From Eledone cirrhosa (lineage: Eukaryota), in the NCBI GenBank assembly GCA_964016885.1, contig OZ024759.1, forward strand, positions 32,302,001-32,366,000: a stretch of DNA of 64,000 nucleotides. Reading direction: 5' to 3'. The notes under the pieces were generated by a model. It saw nothing but the letters and a program-made list of their open reading frames with translations, had not been told where the DNA came from and ran no database searches. Made by a program: the position numbers and the translations under genes. Every line of letters starts with the position of its first letter. The first letter of the stretch is position 1. This document shows positions 60,348 to 64,000 of this stretch, piece after piece.

Positions 60348-60512
60348 CGAAGGCTGCGAGTTGGTAGGGTCGTGAGAGCATCGGATAGAATATTTGTGGT
60401 GCCCGTTCTGGGACTCCGCTCTATGAGTTCAAATTCAGGCGAGGTCAGCATTGCTTTTCATCTATTCGAGGTCGATTAAAAATATGTACCAGTTAAATAC
60501 TGGGGGTCGATT
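60348..60512 (+). mobile_element. SINE S1, diverged
   Basis: gagttcaaattc...gaggtcgattaaaaatatgtaccagtt. Confidence 0.7.
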
Positions 60513-60789
60513 CTTACTCTATATTTCTCTCTCATTTTGTATCCTTCTCTGGGAGAAATCTGCTGGACTCAGGCCTGGAGAGGGAAGGGCTCCGCCAGGT
60601 TTAAAATGCCCAAGAAACGCCATATGTCAATAAGGTATCCCTACGACTCTATCAGGAATTACAGGACCATAAATACATACAACTGTGGAATGCTTAACCA
60701 GTTACACACACATACACATGACGGGCTACCGTACAGTTGGAGTCTACCAAATTTCACTTGCAAACTGAACATAAGACTATAGGGAGAGA

Positions 60790-60972
60790 AAAAACTGACC
60801 TAAGGTGCCACAAGAACCTTGCCCAAGGTAACACAAGTCACTGACCCAATGTGCCACAATACACTAGCCCGAATGTGCCTTAAGATACTTGCCTAAGGTG
60901 TTACACAGTAGAACGGAACCCGAAATCATGTGATTAGGAAGCGAACTCCTTAAACACACATCCATTCTTACG
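60790..60972 (-). mobile_element. tRNA-derived SINE (family S3) head with repeated core
   Basis: Reverse complement matches 40043-40125; ttgcc.aagg motif reiterated. Confidence 0.55.
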
Positions 60973-61299
60973 CCGTATTACAGATATATATATGCATAAA
61001 TTCACACATTAGATATAGATATAGATATATATATGGAACCATCCATGTATATATGGAAACATCCATGTATATATGGAAACATCCATGTATATATGGAAAC
61101 ATCCATGTATATACGGGAGTTACGGGGCCATACATATATTTAATTACGGAGATGATGAATTGGTAGTCGTTAGAACATCAGATAGAATGTTTTGTGGTAT
61201 TCGTTCCGGATTTCTGATCTCTGAGTTGAAATTCCGCTTTCTTGTTTTCTATACTTCTCTGAAACAAATCTGCTCTGTTCACACCTGGTGAGGTGTACA

Positions 61300-61346
<47 letters not shown>

Positions 61347-61348
<2 letters not shown>

Positions 61349-61525
61349 AAAGGATAACAAGGACGATTGATTATTCCTTCATTGCATTTATTGATAGGTG
61401 ACGCGCGTTTCGCCACTGATCAGCTCAAGGTTCGATCTATATCGATCCTACCCGACTCAATAATCGGCAGCAAACATCGAGTGCTCTCCCGGGTGAACCT
61501 GCAGTAACTCCTAGTTACACCCCCT

Positions 61526-61528
<3 letters not shown>
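61347..61528. mobile_element. Family G element with tail
   Basis: Minus GAAACGCGCGTC at 61401-61412; GAGTGCT at 61479, about 49 nt from TA. Confidence 0.65.
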
Positions 61529-61567
<39 letters not shown>

Positions 61568-61582
61568 CTTCTCCCCATTTTT

Positions 61583-61638
<56 letters not shown>

Positions 61639-61800
61639 ATATATATATTGTTATATATATATATTGTTATACTTGGGGAGGGTCATATTGTTATAATGTT
61701 GCCGGAATATGACCCTCCTGGCAATTTTATAATAATATGACCCTCTCCAGGTGTAACAATATTTCTTACGACTCACGATTTCATATAAAAAACCTTGCAA

Positions 61801-61850
<50 letters not shown>

Positions 61851-61995
61851 ATTATATAATATAAAAGGGTAAAGCTTTTCAATGTATGGAAGTGTGATCA
61901 ATCTAAAATAATAGTTTTCCGAGCACGAGTAAATGGGCAGGATATGTGAACAGAACACCTACAGATATTGGACCACCTTTACATAGATGTATGCA

Positions 61996-62072
<77 letters not shown>

Positions 62073-62116
62073 ATATATATATATACATATATATATATAT
62101 ACATATATGTGTATAT

Positions 62117-62150
<34 letters not shown>

Positions 62151-62509
62151 ATACATACACACGCACACATATATATATATACACACAGGCACATATATAT
62201 TTCTCTAACTCCTTACTTGTATTCTTACGCGCTTTAATTCGTAATACACATCACATCCAATAGTTCCGTTCTCCACTTTATATATATGTGTGGTTGTATT
62301 GAGGTTTTTCCTTTGATCATCGCTATATCAAACACAATACATATTCCATTTGAAGCACATTTGACACCGTCTGTAGCCTTAAGAACACATTGTTATCGCT
62401 AGCATGAATCTCCTTTTTAAATATACCTATTAAACAAATACACTCTTGCACATACATAAATGCGTACATACATTCATACATACATACATAAATACATACA
62501 TACATACAG

Positions 62510-62551
<42 letters not shown>

Positions 62552-62762
62552 GTACATACATACATACATACATACATACATACATACATACATACATACA
62601 TACATACATACATACATACGTACGTACGTACATACATGTATATATAACAATTATTCTATGTATTTGTGTTGAGAGACAGAATGAGTGTCGTATGTAGTAG
62701 TGCATATAAATATATATATATATATGTGTGCTGTGTGTTCATATGTATATACGTATAGATAA

Positions 62763-62855
<93 letters not shown>

Positions 62856-62860
<5 letters not shown>

Positions 62861-63573
62861 GAAATTGATTGACATATAAATATATCTAAAGTAGACATGA
62901 AACAATCACAGGGATTATTTTGTAAAAGTATGTAAGCAGACATAGCTATGTAGGTAACTAAATAACGTTTAACTAGAACTTCAAAAATAGATACCTTATA
63001 AATTGATTATATAAGTTGGATAAATATATAAATACGGCCCCTTAATTGTAGAGCTAACTCAGTTGAAAGGACTTGACTGCTATTTCTAGTTGTCGATAAC
63101 TCTATTCACGCCACTGGGAAGAAGCTGGTACGATGTGTGTATTTTTAGTAAATACAGCACGTGTTACTGGCCAGTCGCTGATTTGAATTTGATGCGTAAA
63201 CACAGATGGTTAGTCCTCTTCCTTGTTGAAAATCCAGGATCTGGCTACTGTCGTTTGCCAATCGATTAATTGGTGAAATATATTTCTTTAATGGAATATA
63301 TACAAGGAAGATTAATCAATTTATAAGGTATCTATTTTGGAAGTTCTAGTTAAACTTTATTTAGTTACCTACATAGCCATGTGTGCTTACAGACTTTTAC
63401 AAATTATCCCCTGTGATTGTTTCATATGTTTATTTTAGATATATTTATATGTCAATCAATTTCTAGTTGATATAAAATGCTCGGATCTATTCATTGGAAT
63501 CTTGGAGCATATTTTACGGGTGATATGGCGCATGTCTATCTAACATGACACCCTTAATTTAACTTAATTTTGG
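62856..63573 (+). mobile_element. Large fold-back element in (TA)n
   Basis: About 155-bp inverted arms 62856-63010 and 63313-63468, 300-bp spacer, ~105-nt tail to TA. Confidence 0.7.
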
Positions 63574-63637
63574 ATATATATATATATACATAAGTACATA
63601 TATATATATATATACGTAAGTATATATATATACATAA

Positions 63638-63704
<67 letters not shown>

Positions 63705-63724
63705 AGTACATATATATCTATATA

Positions 63725-63771
<47 letters not shown>

Positions 63772-63775
63772 GTAT

Positions 63776-63930
63776 GTGTGGCTTTACATAAGGTACTCAA
63801 TACATTAAGGAGAGAAAGTAAATGATTTATTTCATACAAAAATGACTTCTACAGAACTAGACCTGTTTCGTTTGTTTGAAAGAAACAGGTAAGGCTTGAT
63901 GATTTCGAAAGAATAAAACAGTTTGAAACT
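63776..63930 (-). mobile_element. Diverged family A relative
   Basis: taaggtactcaatacat and ttctacagaactagacctgtttc match family A; ttgatgatttcgaaagaataaaacagtt is a decayed inverted arm. Confidence 0.55.
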
Positions 63931-64000
63931 TTCACTGCCACCCATTCGAGCAGGAGCGACAGATTAGCGGAGTTATTAGAGAGACAAACGAGATGCTTTG

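Overview
Eukaryotic, AT-rich, microsatellite-saturated DNA ((TA)n, (CA)n, (TACA)n, trinucleotide tracts). The SINE families and repeat landscape look cephalopod (Octopus-like); this is inference only. The one convincing host gene is an intronless alpha-adrenergic-like octopamine receptor (OAMB-type GPCR, 22799-24508, +). Nearly all other ORFs in the track are microsatellite artefacts. The window also holds a solitary 5S rRNA gene, many tRNA-derived SINEs, two copies of a bipartite RTE-derived element, hAT(m)-like remnants and several minisatellites. The main signal lies in the short 'unique' islands between (TA)n tracts. More than 20 of them, from roughly 10 unrelated sequence families, share one design: an inverted (fold-back) arm, a type-I hammerhead ribozyme motif (CUGANGA...GAAA...NUH, often with a palindromic minimal stem III), and a 3' tail with a GAG(T/C)(A/G)CT-like motif about 44-51 nt from the junction with (TA)n. 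This fits a TA-microsatellite-targeting, ribozyme-bearing, non-coding Penelope-like/retrozyme system. No RT or endonuclease ORF is present in the window. Folds were read by eye and coordinates counted by hand.
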